Numbered from the stretch's first letter, positions 49,051 to 59,176 are shown. The stretch is DNA of 64,000 nucleotides from Nitrospinales bacterium (GCA_965262115.1 OZ253496.1:800001-864000), one strand, 5' to 3'. Made by a program: numbers and translations. Notes: a model not told the origin generated them from the letters alone.

Positions 49051-50289
49051 ATGGGTTATGTTAAAGGATTAATCTGTAAAGAATGCAAAAAAGAGTATCC
49101 CAAAGACCCGATTCACGTTTGTGAATTCTGTTTTGGGCCTCTGGAAGTCGATTACGATTACGAAGCCATCAAAAAGGTCGTGACCAAAAAGTCCATTGAG
49201 TCCGGCCCGCCCTCCATGTGGCGCTATGAGGCCCTTTTGCCTCTGGATGAGCCCCCCAAAGTAGGTCATCACACCGGTTTCACCCCTTTAATCAGGGCGA
49301 AGAACCTGGGCAAGGCATTGGGACTGAAACATCTTTATCTGAAAAACGACTCCGTCAATCATCCCACTTTTTCTTTTAAGGATCGGGTTGTTTCGGTAGC
49401 GGTTTCCAAAGCCATAGAGTTTGGGTTCGACACCATTTCCTGCGCCTCCACAGGTAATTTGGCAAACTCAGTGGCCGCCCATGCGGCGGAAGCCGGCCTG
49501 AAAAGTTGCATCTTCATTCCAGATGGATTGGAAGCAGGAAAAATTCTTGGGACTTTGATTTACGGAACGCAGTTGATTGCCGTCAAGGGCAGTTATGATG
49601 ACGTGAACCGGCTTTGCAGTGAAATTGGAGCCAACCATGACTGGGCCTTCGTGAATATTAACATCCGGCCTTATTATGGCGATGGGTCTAAATCTTACGG
49701 TTATGAAATTGCCGAGCAACTGGGCTGGAAAACACCGGACAATGTTGTGGTTCCCGTGGCAGGCAGTTCGCTGATCACAAAAATATGGAAAGCTTTTCAT
49801 GAGTTTGAAATGCTGGGGCTGGTCGATAAGGTACAAACCAAAATTTTTGCGGCCCAGGCCACTGGCTGTTCCCCCGTCACCACAGCCATAAAAAATGGCA
49901 GTGAAAACATCATACCGGTCAAGCCGAATACCATTGCCAAGTCCATCGCCATTGGAAATCCGGCAGATGGGTACTACGGGATCAAAACCGCAAACACCAG
50001 CGGTGGCTACGGAGAAGACATCTCTGACGAAGAGGTGGTCACTGCTATGAGACTGCTGGCCGAGACCGAAGGCGTATTCACGGAAACTGCAGGAGGCGTT
50101 ACTGTAGGCGTCACGCAAAAACTGATCCAGCAAGGCCGGATCAAACCAGATGAAGTAACCGTCATTTGTATTACCGGCAACGGATTAAAAACCCAGGAAG
50201 CTCTGGCAGGTTGTTTTCCAGCGCCTACGGTGATCGAACCTAAAATAGATAGTTTTGAAGAAATTTTTGCCAACGGTTTAACAGTTTAA
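49051..50289 (+). CDS. thrC: Threonine synthase (or ThrC-like PLP enzyme) with N-terminal Zn ribbon
   Basis: PTFSFKDR, CASTGNLA, ITGNGLK. Confidence 0.85.
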   Translation: MGYVKGLICKECKKEYPKDPIHVCEFCFGPLEVDYDYEAIKKVVTKKSIESGPPSMWRYEALLPLDEPPKVGHHTGFTPLIRAKNLGKALGLKHLYLKNDSVNHPTFSFKDRVVSVAVSKAIEFGFDTISCASTGNLANSVAAHAAEAGLKSCIFIPDGLEAGKILGTLIYGTQLIAVKGSYDDVNRLCSEIGANHDWAFVNINIRPYYGDGSKSYGYEIAEQLGWKTPDNVVVPVAGSSLITKIWKAFHEFEMLGLVDKVQTKIFAAQATGCSPVTTAIKNGSENIIPVKPNTIAKSIAIGNPADGYYGIKTANTSGGYGEDISDEEVVTAMRLLAETEGVFTETAGGVTVGVTQKLIQQGRIKPDEVTVICITGNGLKTQEALAGCFPAPTVIEPKIDSFEEIFANGLTV

Positions 50290-50301
50290 AAGGAGCAAAG
50301 C

Positions 50302-50583
50302 ATGGCAGTAAAAGTAAGAGTACCCACCCCGTTAATGAAGTTGACCAATAACAAGAGCGAGGTGACGGCAGAAGGCGCCACCATCAGCGAAATTCTCAAC
50401 AATCTGGAAAGCCAGTTTGCTGGAATTAAAGAGCGCATTTGCGAAGAAAGCGGCGCTCCCCGGCGTTTCATTAATATCTATTTGAACGAAGAAGACATCC
50501 GGTTTCTTGAGGGCGAAAGCACCGCTGTTAAAGATGGCGATGAAATCTCTATCATACCGGCAATAGCGGGCGGCACTAGATGA
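50302..50583 (+). CDS. MoaD/ThiS/CysO-family sulfur carrier
   Basis: Beta-grasp pattern; DGDEISIIPAIAGG followed by TR. Confidence 0.92.
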   Translation: MAVKVRVPTPLMKLTNNKSEVTAEGATISEILNNLESQFAGIKERICEESGAPRRFINIYLNEEDIRFLEGESTAVKDGDEISIIPAIAGGTR

Positions 50584-51386
50584 TTGATTTTACCGATGAG
50601 CAGATAGAGCGCTACAGTCGCCACATCATCCTTCCTGAAGTGGGAGGTGAGGGACAAAGCCACCTTTTAGAATCAAAAGTTCTTTTGGTGGGCGCGGGTG
50701 GACTGGGCTCTCCTGCCGCGTTTTATCTCGCCGCCGCTGGTATCGGCAACATGGGAATCATCGACTTCGATACCGTGGACCTCAGCAATCTGCAAAGGCA
50801 GATCATTCATAATACCGAGCGCATCGGCATGCTCAAAACCGAGTCCGCAAAAAAAACCATTTCAGCACTCAACCCGGATGTCAATGTCACGGTTTTTAAT
50901 GAGAGACTGAATTCGGAAAACATCATGCGCCTGTTCGAAGGCTATGATTATATTCTCGATGGCACCGACAATTTTGCCACGCGTTATCTCATCAATGACG
51001 CCTGTGTGATGACTGGAAAAACCAATATCCATGGCAGTATATTCCGTTTTGAAGGACAGGTAACCGTTTTTAAGTCTGACGAAGGCCCCTGCTACCGTTG
51101 CCTCTATCCGGAACCGCCCCCACCGGGTCTGGTTCCCAATTGTCAGGAAGGCGGCGTTTTGGGTGTGCTGGCAGGAGTGATCGGAAACCTGCAAGTGGTC
51201 GAGACCCTGAAACTAATTCTAGGGAAAGGAGAAACCCTGGTCGGTTCTCTGCTTATTTATGACGCACTGAAAACAGAATTCAGGAAACTGAAATTAAAGA
51301 AAGATCCGAAGTGTCCTATTTGTAGCGACCAACCCACGATCACCGAATTGGTTGACTATGAAGAATTTTGTGGTTTGTCGCGCTGA
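50580..51386 (+). CDS. moeB: MoeB/ThiF-family adenylyltransferase
   Basis: RYSRH, GAGGLG, SNLQRQ, CYRC, CPIC. Confidence 0.92.
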   Translation: MIDFTDEQIERYSRHIILPEVGGEGQSHLLESKVLLVGAGGLGSPAAFYLAAAGIGNMGIIDFDTVDLSNLQRQIIHNTERIGMLKTESAKKTISALNPDVNVTVFNERLNSENIMRLFEGYDYILDGTDNFATRYLINDACVMTGKTNIHGSIFRFEGQVTVFKSDEGPCYRCLYPEPPPPGLVPNCQEGGVLGVLAGVIGNLQVVETLKLILGKGETLVGSLLIYDALKTEFRKLKLKKDPKCPICSDQPTITELVDYEEFCGLSR

Positions 51387-51467
51387 TAAAAGAATATAAA
51401 AAATACCGGTAATTTTTTGCACCGTAACCGGTTTAAAAGATATCTAATATCTGAAATGTCAAAATCG

Positions 51468-52469
51468 ATGAGATTTCCCATTCCCTTTGAGGTTCAGGCA
51501 CCAACTTGCCCTGTCATCACCGACCAATCGGTGTTGAAGGCGATCGGCAACACCCCTCTGATACGCATTCATAACTTGGGAAAAGAGTTCAAGGATGTGG
51601 ATATTTACGCTAAGGCCGAGTGGAAAAACGCCGGCGGTTCAGTAAAGTCTCGCCCTGCCCTGAGAATGATCGAAGATGGTGAAAAATCCGGCAAGCTCAC
51701 CAAAGATAAAATCATCCTCGATTCCACATCCGGCAACACCGGCATCTCCTATGCACTGATCGGCAAGGTAAAAGGCTATAAGGTCAAGCTGGTCATGCCA
51801 GCGAATGTCTCCAAAGAACGCAAAGGACTCATGGCTGATTTTTACGGCGCTGAAATTGTGACCTCCAGTCCCTTCGAAGGCTCCGATGGCGCGATCATCA
51901 TGGCCAAGAAAATCTATGAGGAAAATCCCGATATTTACTTCATGCCGGACCAGTACAACAACGACTCCAACTGGCAAGCGCATCAGGAAACCACGGCCCC
52001 TGAAATCTGGAACCAGACCAATCATCGGGTAACCCATTTTCTGGCGGGTATCGGAACCGGAGGTACCATTATGGGAACCAGCCGGGGCCTGCGCCAACTG
52101 AATCCTGATATCAAATGCTACGCGGTGGAACCGGCAGAATCCCTGCACGGTCTGGAAGGCCTCAAACATATGGAGACTTCCATCGTACCCGGAATTTATA
52201 AAGAAGAAGAACTGGATGGCAAAATTAGCATCCCGACCGATGAGGCCTATGACATGGTCGAAACCCTGGAAAAGCAGGAAGGTATTCTGGTCGGGCAATC
52301 TTCTGCCGCCGCCTTGGTGGGAGCCCTAAGGCTCGCCTCGCAGATTGGAAGAGGAGTGATTGTTACCGTGTTTCCAGACAGTTGTGAAAGATGTTACGTC
52401 AACTTCGGGCAATTCAAGCAGAATTACGAAACCCACTCCAGCACTAGGCGTGAGGCCAACGAGCAATAG
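51468..52469 (+). CDS. CysM-like PLP-dependent cysteine synthase
   Basis: GSVKSR, TSGNTG, GTGGT, GLEGLKHM; last residues are repeat-derived. Confidence 0.88.
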   Translation: MRFPIPFEVQAPTCPVITDQSVLKAIGNTPLIRIHNLGKEFKDVDIYAKAEWKNAGGSVKSRPALRMIEDGEKSGKLTKDKIILDSTSGNTGISYALIGKVKGYKVKLVMPANVSKERKGLMADFYGAEIVTSSPFEGSDGAIIMAKKIYEENPDIYFMPDQYNNDSNWQAHQETTAPEIWNQTNHRVTHFLAGIGTGGTIMGTSRGLRQLNPDIKCYAVEPAESLHGLEGLKHMETSIVPGIYKEEELDGKISIPTDEAYDMVETLEKQEGILVGQSSAAALVGALRLASQIGRGVIVTVFPDSCERCYVNFGQFKQNYETHSSTRREANEQ

Positions 52470-52538
52470 CTCTATTTGGCGAGCAAGAGGTATGGGCGGA
52501 TTGACAAGCCTTTGCTATCTGCCTTCCCTGCCAAGGGG
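52441..52538 (+). mobile_element. Uninterrupted ~97-bp MITE-like element
   Basis: gcactaggcgtgaggccaacgagcaatagc...ccttccctgccaagggg; used as the reference empty copy. Confidence 0.8.
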
Positions 52539-52559
52539 CAGCGAGTGGATCGATCAACC

Positions 52560-52886
52560 ATGCCACGTTTTCAAAAACATATTTTTATATGCATCAACGA
52601 AAGAAAAACCGATTATGCGAGAGGTTGTTGTCACGCACGCGGTTCCCAAGAGCTTCTGGATTACATGAAAAGTCGTGTCCACGAACTGGGGCTGAAAGGG
52701 AAAGTGCGCGTTAACAAAGCCGGGTGTCTGGATGCCTGCGCCCAAGGGCCATCCATGGTGGTTTATCCCGATGACGTCTGGTATTCCCCAAAGACGAAAG
52801 AAGACATGGAAGAAATCCTCACCGAACATATCCAGAACAACCGCCCCGTTGACCGACTAACCCTTCCCTTCAAGCCAAAAGCCTAG
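52560..52886 (+). CDS. Thioredoxin-like [2Fe-2S] ferredoxin
   Basis: HIFIC..GCC..GCLDACAQGP.MVVYP..VWY. Confidence 0.92.
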   Translation: MPRFQKHIFICINERKTDYARGCCHARGSQELLDYMKSRVHELGLKGKVRVNKAGCLDACAQGPSMVVYPDDVWYSPKTKEDMEEILTEHIQNNRPVDRLTLPFKPKA

Positions 52887-52904
52887 AGAAACAGGTCCCT
52901 GGTT

Positions 52905-53285
52905 TCAGGAGCCCTCTCTTTTCATAGGAGCGTGAGAATTGAGAATCCCGGAACTTAGAATTGCTTGATTCCCGTTAGCATATTTTCTGGCAGCGTAAAA
53001 ATGGTTGGTTGCATCGCCGTGCCGGCCTAGTTTATCTAAACACAATGCCTCATTGTAATGCGACTCACCCACACCAGAATCAATGCTCGATGCCATTTGG
53101 AAATGCTTCAAAGCCACATCGTAATGCCCTTGATTGTAATGGGAGATGCCTTCTTCATTGTGTTCATGCGCGCTGGCACTGGACCCTTCACGCATGGTAA
53201 ACTTCAAGGCCGCTTCATCCGCAAATACGGGTGCTGACAGAAAAACAAAAAGTACTACCACTAAAGCATAAATCAATTTTCTCAT
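52905..53285 (-). CDS. Secreted TPR protein
   Basis: Signal peptide ending VFA; TPR-like helices. Confidence 0.82.
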   Translation of the reverse strand: MRKLIYALVVVLFVFLSAPVFADEAALKFTMREGSSASAHEHNEEGISHYNQGHYDVALKHFQMASSIDSGVGESHYNEALCLDKLGRHGDATNHFYAARKYANGNQAILSSGILNSHAPMKREGS

Positions 53286-53307
53286 CGGTCTCACCTTATT
53301 GATCAAC

Positions 53308-53355
53308 AGGGTTACAGAATACATTGTCCTTAGGGTTACAGAATACATTGTCCTT
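53308..53355. repeat. Exact 24-bp tandem duplication
   Basis: agggttacagaatacattgtcctt x2. Confidence 0.95.
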
Positions 53356-53410
53356 ATTGCGTCGCTTAATGCGTCTATTCCTTACGGTTTTTTACGTTAA
53401 CACCCGGTAT

Positions 53411-54004
53411 TTAGCGAATCAGCCCGTCAATGGTGTCATTGATAGTGGCAAAAACATCTTTCATAGTCTTGCCGTATTTGAGAATCTTGTCGAATTCCGC
53501 TTCATATTCCATCGCCGCATGGCCAATTGCTTCCATTTCCACTTTCAAACGGACTAGCGACGTGTTCATTTCACTGATCCGGTTCACAAGGACTGCGATG
53601 AACTCATCCTTAAGTTTTTCCCGGGTCTCAGGATTGAGCTTTTCAAAAATCTTCGGATCCAACTGCAAAACTTTAGCCTTGGATTTAGCATAGATATTTG
53701 TAGTTCCAGGGGTTCTCGTTAGAAATGACACTTCGCCAAATAAAGCTCCCTCGGCAAGAGTGTTAATGGTTACTTTAGGCAAATCGTTTCGGGTCACGAT
53801 AGCCCCACCCTTAAGAAGTATGAATACCGCCATATCCGTCTGACCTTCCTCGACGATCGCCACTTTATCGGGGTATTCAATGACCTGGTTACTTAGCGCG
53901 GCAAACTCCTGCCTTTCAGTCACATTGAAAGACTTAAAAAAAGGAATATTATTGATCAACCTCAATGTTTCCTGAGGGGTTTTATTTTGAGTTTTTATAT
54001 CCAT
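53411..54004 (-). CDS. Cyclic-nucleotide-binding domain protein
   Basis: IVEEG, FILLKG, GALFGEVSFL. Confidence 0.85.
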   Translation of the reverse strand: MDIKTQNKTPQETLRLINNIPFFKSFNVTERQEFAALSNQVIEYPDKVAIVEEGQTDMAVFILLKGGAIVTRNDLPKVTINTLAEGALFGEVSFLTRTPGTTNIYAKSKAKVLQLDPKIFEKLNPETREKLKDEFIAVLVNRISEMNTSLVRLKVEMEAIGHAAMEYEAEFDKILKYGKTMKDVFATINDTIDGLIR

Positions 54005-55791
54005 TATTCTCCCATATTATCTGATGTTAAGCGTTGCGACTGGCAAAGTTTATAAAAAACTCCTTTTTGCTGCAACAGCTCCTTTCGAGGGCCGAATTCC
54101 AATATTTTTCCCTGCTTTAATACAAGAATTTTGTCGGCGTGCAGAAGGGTGGATATCCGATGTGCAATTATAATGCTGGTTCTTCCACGCGTCAATTCCC
54201 GGATTCCATTCTGGATATGGCTCTCGGTTTCAGGGTCAACGCTGGAGGTCGCTTCATCCAGCACCAGTATGCGTGGATTGCTGGCCAAAGCCCGGGCAAA
54301 AGACAATAATTGCCGCTGGCCGGAGGAAATCCCAACCCCGCCTTCCTTTAGCTCCTGCTCGTATTTAAAAGGAATACTACTGATAAAATTATGTGAACTG
54401 ACGGCTTGCGAAATGGACTCGATTTCTTCCTGTCCCATCTGTTGGTTTCCCAGTCGAATATTATCCAAAATATTTCCTGAGAATAAAAATACATCCTGTT
54501 GAACAAGAGCAATTTGGCGGCGCAAGTCGTATTTATTAATATCACTGATGGATTTACCGTCAAATTGAATATCGCCTTTTTGAATATCATAAAAACGGCA
54601 AAGGGCATTGATGAGGGTGGATTTTCCCGAACCCGTCGCGCCAACAATGGCAAGGCTCTCCCCTTCTGACAGGAAAAAATTGATGTCCTCCAAGATAAAG
54701 TTTTCATCATTATAGGCGAACCAGACATTCTTAAACTCAACCGCCCCCTTTATTTTGAAATCTGGGTGAGACGGAACCTTGTCGGGCAATTGTTCAGGCG
54801 TGTCCAGCAGCTCAAAAATCCGTTCAGAAGATGCCATAGCCGTTTGAATGATATTGAATTTTTCCGCAAGGTCTCTTACTGGCTCAAAAAATTTCTGCAG
54901 GTACTGGATGAATGCCACCAGAATTCCCAACTGGATTTCATCCTGAACAAATCGCCCTCCCCCATACCAGATAACCATCCCCACAGCCAGCGAGTTGAAC
55001 AAATCGATGGAGGGCATATAAAGGGAATTGTAATAAACGGTTCTTAAGTCCTCTTGAAGCCGGTTACGGTTTATGCCGGTAAAGTTTTCCAGATTCGCCT
55101 TTTCCAGATTGAAGCATTGAACCGTATCCACACCTGATAAGTTTTCCTGCAGATAGGAATTGAGCTCCGAAACATGCGCCCGATTTTTTCTAAGCGCGTC
55201 ACGCGCCCGAATCCTGTACAAACGCGTGCCCCACGCCAGCAACGGGAAAACCGTGCAAACCACAAGCGTCAACCGCCAGTCCAGATAAAGCATGACAGCA
55301 AAAATTCCCGTCAATGTGAACAGGTCGCTGAAAATAAGGATGAGCCCGGAAGTCAACATTTCATTGAGAACCTCAACATCGTTCACCACCCGGGTGATCA
55401 TTTTCCCAATGGGGTTCTTGTCAAAATAGGAAAATGACATCTTATGGAGATGGGCAAACACTTTAGAACGCAGGTCAAACATGACTTTCTGGCCGATGTA
55501 CTGCATCAAATAATTCTGGAAAAACTGGAATACGAATGAAGCGATCAATACAGCCAGGTACAAACCCGCGACGACATCCAGCCCATTAAGGTCAGAAACT
55601 TTTATATAATCGTCAATAACGATCTTGGTGAAGTAGGGGCCTGCCAGATTGAGCAGAGAAACTCCTAAAAGCAGGAATATAGCGAGCGCCACCCACTGGC
55701 TATAAGGTTTCAGATAAACAAGCACCCGCTTAAATAAAACCCGCTCGCGGTACCGGTCTTTCATGTTTTCCATGTAAGTTCCACTCATCAA
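54004..55791 (-). CDS. ABC exporter, fused TMD-NBD (MdlB-like)
   Basis: GATGSGKS, ISSGQRQ, LDEATSSVD, IAHR. Confidence 0.93.
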   Translation of the reverse strand: MMSGTYMENMKDRYRERVLFKRVLVYLKPYSQWVALAIFLLLGVSLLNLAGPYFTKIVIDDYIKVSDLNGLDVVAGLYLAVLIASFVFQFFQNYLMQYIGQKVMFDLRSKVFAHLHKMSFSYFDKNPIGKMITRVVNDVEVLNEMLTSGLILIFSDLFTLTGIFAVMLYLDWRLTLVVCTVFPLLAWGTRLYRIRARDALRKNRAHVSELNSYLQENLSGVDTVQCFNLEKANLENFTGINRNRLQEDLRTVYYNSLYMPSIDLFNSLAVGMVIWYGGGRFVQDEIQLGILVAFIQYLQKFFEPVRDLAEKFNIIQTAMASSERIFELLDTPEQLPDKVPSHPDFKIKGAVEFKNVWFAYNDENFILEDINFFLSEGESLAIVGATGSGKSTLINALCRFYDIQKGDIQFDGKSISDINKYDLRRQIALVQQDVFLFSGNILDNIRLGNQQMGQEEIESISQAVSSHNFISSIPFKYEQELKEGGVGISSGQRQLLSFARALASNPRILVLDEATSSVDPETESHIQNGIRELTRGRTSIIIAHRISTLLHADKILVLKQGKILEFGPRKELLQQKGVFYKLCQSQRLTSDNMGE

Positions 55792-57560
55792 AGAAAAATC
55801 TCCATTTCTCTGGCCAATGACTGGTTCTGGAACAGGCCCGCATAGACTCTACCTGCACGCGTCAGCGAAACATGACTGCCCTGTTCAAGTATTTTTCCCG
55901 CATCCATCACGATTATCTGGTCCGCATCACGAACAGCCGATAATCGGTGGGAAATAATCAGGGTGGTGGTTTGACTCGGCTGGCCTTGGATATTCCTTAA
56001 AATTTCTTCTTCGGTGTCCGAGTCCAGGTTTGAAAACGCGTCATCGAGAATCAGCACTTCGGGTTTCTTGATCAAAGCACGGGCCAGGGCCACCCTTTGC
56101 TTCTGGCCTCCCGACAACGAAACCCCACGCTCGCCGATCAACGTCTCCAATCCCTCCGGGAACCGTGCCACATCTTTGCTCAATCCGGCGATCCGGATAA
56201 TTTCTTCCAACTCAAGGTCTGTGGCAGGTCCCCTTCCCAACACGATATTGTCACGAATGGATGTAGAAAATAAAAAGGGTTCCTGACTCACATAACCTAT
56301 GGATTCTCGTAGTTTTTGCAGAGAGATTTCTTTTATGTGGCGGTTTCCTATCAATAAAGCACCTGCAGTCGGATCATAAAAACGTAAAAGCATTTGAGCC
56401 AAAGTGGTTTTTCCAGAACCGATCACACCCACCACTCCCAGCGTCTGGCCTCTGGGAATTTTAATATCGACTCCCCTTAAACTTGGTGTTTCTGCATCGG
56501 GGTAGGTAAACTGCAGTCCTTGAAACTCTATGTCACCCATTGGCTCCAGAGAACCAGCTCCTTCAAGGGCCGGTTTTATTTCAGGCTGGGCCTTAAAGAT
56601 TTCATGAATACGACTCATGGCCGCCATCCCTTTCTGGGTGAGGTTAAAAACATATCCGATTCCCATCATGGGCCATGAAAGAAGCATCAAATAACCATTA
56701 AATGCGACAAAAGATCCCAACGTCATGGAGCCGCCAATCACTGCCTTTCCTCCCAACCACAAAGAAAGCATCGCCGCCACCCCCATAACAAACACCATGG
56801 TGGGCGTGAAAATTCCAAACATTCGCGTGACATGCAGGTTTTTTTTGATGTATTCGTTATTCAGTTCTGCAAATTTTCTTTTTTCATTTTCCTCCTGGAC
56901 AAATGCGTGAAGAACCCGGATGCCAGCAAGGTTTTCCTGAACGTGACCTGTTATCAAAGCCAAATGCTCCTGCACCGCTTTATGACGCTTGCCGATTTCC
57001 TTAACAAAATAAAAAAACAAGAACGAAATAAAAGGTAGCGGCAGTAAAACCTTGAGAGCCAGATCAGCATTGATCCAGCTCATCATGCTCATGGCGGTGA
57101 TAATGACAAAAACCGCATCGATGAGAATCAACACCCCCAGCCCGATAAATTCCCTAACCGCCCGCAGATCATTGGTGGCGCGCGACATGATATCCCCTGT
57201 CGTTTGTTTCAGGTACCAGGCACGGTCTAAAGTTAAAAGATGGCTGAACAGCCGGTTCAGGATATCAAATTCAATTTTTCGGGAGGCTCCGAACATATAC
57301 ATCCTCCAGCCATAACGGCCCACCACAAGAAATAGAGCAATCAGCAAAAGAAGGAACGTATATTTCAAAAGAATTTCTGAAGAAGGCTTCCCCGGCAGGA
57401 CATCAATAAACTCCTTGATCAACCAGGGCACAACCAACGTCATGGAGTCCGTAATGATTAAAGCCACAATGCCTAATACCAGTTCCCTCTGGTATTTGGA
57501 TATATACGGCCAGAATGATTTTAAGTTTTCCAATTTGAATTCTTTTCCTCTTCCCACCAA
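55788..57560 (-). CDS. ABC exporter, fused TMD-NBD (MdlA-like, degenerate site)
   Basis: GSGKT, LSGGQKQR, LDDAFS, ISHR. Confidence 0.93.
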   Translation of the reverse strand: MVGRGKEFKLENLKSFWPYISKYQRELVLGIVALIITDSMTLVVPWLIKEFIDVLPGKPSSEILLKYTFLLLLIALFLVVGRYGWRMYMFGASRKIEFDILNRLFSHLLTLDRAWYLKQTTGDIMSRATNDLRAVREFIGLGVLILIDAVFVIITAMSMMSWINADLALKVLLPLPFISFLFFYFVKEIGKRHKAVQEHLALITGHVQENLAGIRVLHAFVQEENEKRKFAELNNEYIKKNLHVTRMFGIFTPTMVFVMGVAAMLSLWLGGKAVIGGSMTLGSFVAFNGYLMLLSWPMMGIGYVFNLTQKGMAAMSRIHEIFKAQPEIKPALEGAGSLEPMGDIEFQGLQFTYPDAETPSLRGVDIKIPRGQTLGVVGVIGSGKTTLAQMLLRFYDPTAGALLIGNRHIKEISLQKLRESIGYVSQEPFLFSTSIRDNIVLGRGPATDLELEEIIRIAGLSKDVARFPEGLETLIGERGVSLSGGQKQRVALARALIKKPEVLILDDAFSNLDSDTEEEILRNIQGQPSQTTTLIISHRLSAVRDADQIIVMDAGKILEQGSHVSLTRAGRVYAGLFQNQSLAREMEIFL

Positions 57561-57712
57561 CCAAAGTTATTTTCCTAGTCCTTTGATGGCTTTTTAGCTA
57601 GAATAGGTGCGGGTTTGAGTAAAATTCAAATGCTTCTCAAAGCAAACATTGTATCCTGTTTAATCCTTAGAGACCCACAATCACCTGAACCATCAAAAAG
57701 AAAGACCGTCTT

Positions 57713-59137
57713 ATGTACGGAGTAATATTGGCCGGGGGAAGCGGCACCCGGTTCTGGCCTAAAAGCCGCGAACAAAGCCCAAAACAATTGCAAAAAATCG
57801 TTGGCACCGGGACCATGCTTCAAAACACCGTTCAACGCTTACTGCCCTTGATTTCTATTGAAAATTTATACCTGGGCACCAACCATCAGCAAGCGGACGA
57901 GACTCTTCGCCAGCTAGATTCCTACGGTTTTTTTCCCGATCATCTCATGGCAGAACCCTGTAGCAGAAATACCGCATTAGCAATCGGTTTGATGGCAAAA
58001 GTAATCATCGAAAAAGATCCTGATGCGGTCATGGGTGTTTTTTCTGCTGACCATGTTGTAGCGAACTCCGAGAACTTTATCAAGACACTTCAAAAAGCAG
58101 AAACTATAGCCAAAAAGAGTTATCTCGTTACCCTTGGTATCCCGCCGACCCGGCCCGAAACCGGATTCGGTTACTTGCAACAGGGAGCTGAAATAGAAGA
58201 GGGAATCTATCAGGTAGTACGTTTTGTAGAAAAACCTGGGCGGCCTGAGGCTGAACAATATTTAAAGAATGGTCATTACTTTTGGAATTGCGGAATCTTC
58301 GTCTGGAAGGCTTCTACCATTCTTGAGGAATTGCAACAGCATGCAGAAAATATTTATTCACAGCTTGAAACTATTGCCAACTGCATCCAGAACGCAAAAG
58401 GAAAATCCGCCTATCTGGAACTGGATGAAAGAGGGCGCAACCTTTTTTCTTCCCTGCCTAGTCTTTCCATCGACTATGCGGTCATGGAAAATTCATCAAA
58501 GGTAGCCCTCATCCCCGCAGATATCGACTGGAACGATGTCGGTGCCTGGAACGCTTTGGACGATGTATCCAAAAAAGATTCTAAAGGCAATATCATCAGC
58601 GGAAATGTTCTGGCCCAAGATTGTAGCAACTCCATAATCCAGGCACAAAACCGGCTCATCGCTGTATTGGGATTAAAAGACACAATCGTGGTGGACAGTC
58701 CCGACGCCCTCCTGGTCTGCGCCAAGGAGCGTTCCCAGGATGTAAAAAAACTGGTCGAGTCCCTTAATGAAAACGGCCACCCTGAAGGCAAACAGTCCGC
58801 TACCGTTAATAAACCCTGGGGATCTTATACCGTATTGGAGTCTGGTTCCTCTTATGTGCTAAAGCGTATCGAAGTCTTGCCTGGAGAAGCACTCAGCCTG
58901 CAATCCCATCAGCACCGCAGTGAACATTGGACTGTTGTCTCAGGTTCAGCAGAAGTGGTACTGAACGAAGAAACTTTTCAATTAAAAAGCAATGACACCA
59001 TCACCATCCCCAAAAATGCCAAACACAGACTGGGAAACCCCGGTTCTGATCTGCTAGTAATTATTGAAATTCAGGTTGGCCATCTCCTGGATGAATCCGA
59101 CATCTCACGTTACGAAGACCGCTACGGTCGTTGCTGA
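57713..59137 (+). CDS. manC: Mannose-1-phosphate guanylyltransferase/mannose-6-phosphate isomerase
   Basis: LAGGSGTRFWP, FVEKP, DVGAW, KPWG, SLQSHQHRSEHW cupin. Confidence 0.95.
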   Translation: MYGVILAGGSGTRFWPKSREQSPKQLQKIVGTGTMLQNTVQRLLPLISIENLYLGTNHQQADETLRQLDSYGFFPDHLMAEPCSRNTALAIGLMAKVIIEKDPDAVMGVFSADHVVANSENFIKTLQKAETIAKKSYLVTLGIPPTRPETGFGYLQQGAEIEEGIYQVVRFVEKPGRPEAEQYLKNGHYFWNCGIFVWKASTILEELQQHAENIYSQLETIANCIQNAKGKSAYLELDERGRNLFSSLPSLSIDYAVMENSSKVALIPADIDWNDVGAWNALDDVSKKDSKGNIISGNVLAQDCSNSIIQAQNRLIAVLGLKDTIVVDSPDALLVCAKERSQDVKKLVESLNENGHPEGKQSATVNKPWGSYTVLESGSSYVLKRIEVLPGEALSLQSHQHRSEHWTVVSGSAEVVLNEETFQLKSNDTITIPKNAKHRLGNPGSDLLVIIEIQVGHLLDESDISRYEDRYGRC

Positions 59138-59176
59138 TCTATTCCGCCCTTAAAATAGCGTGCGATGACCGGAACT

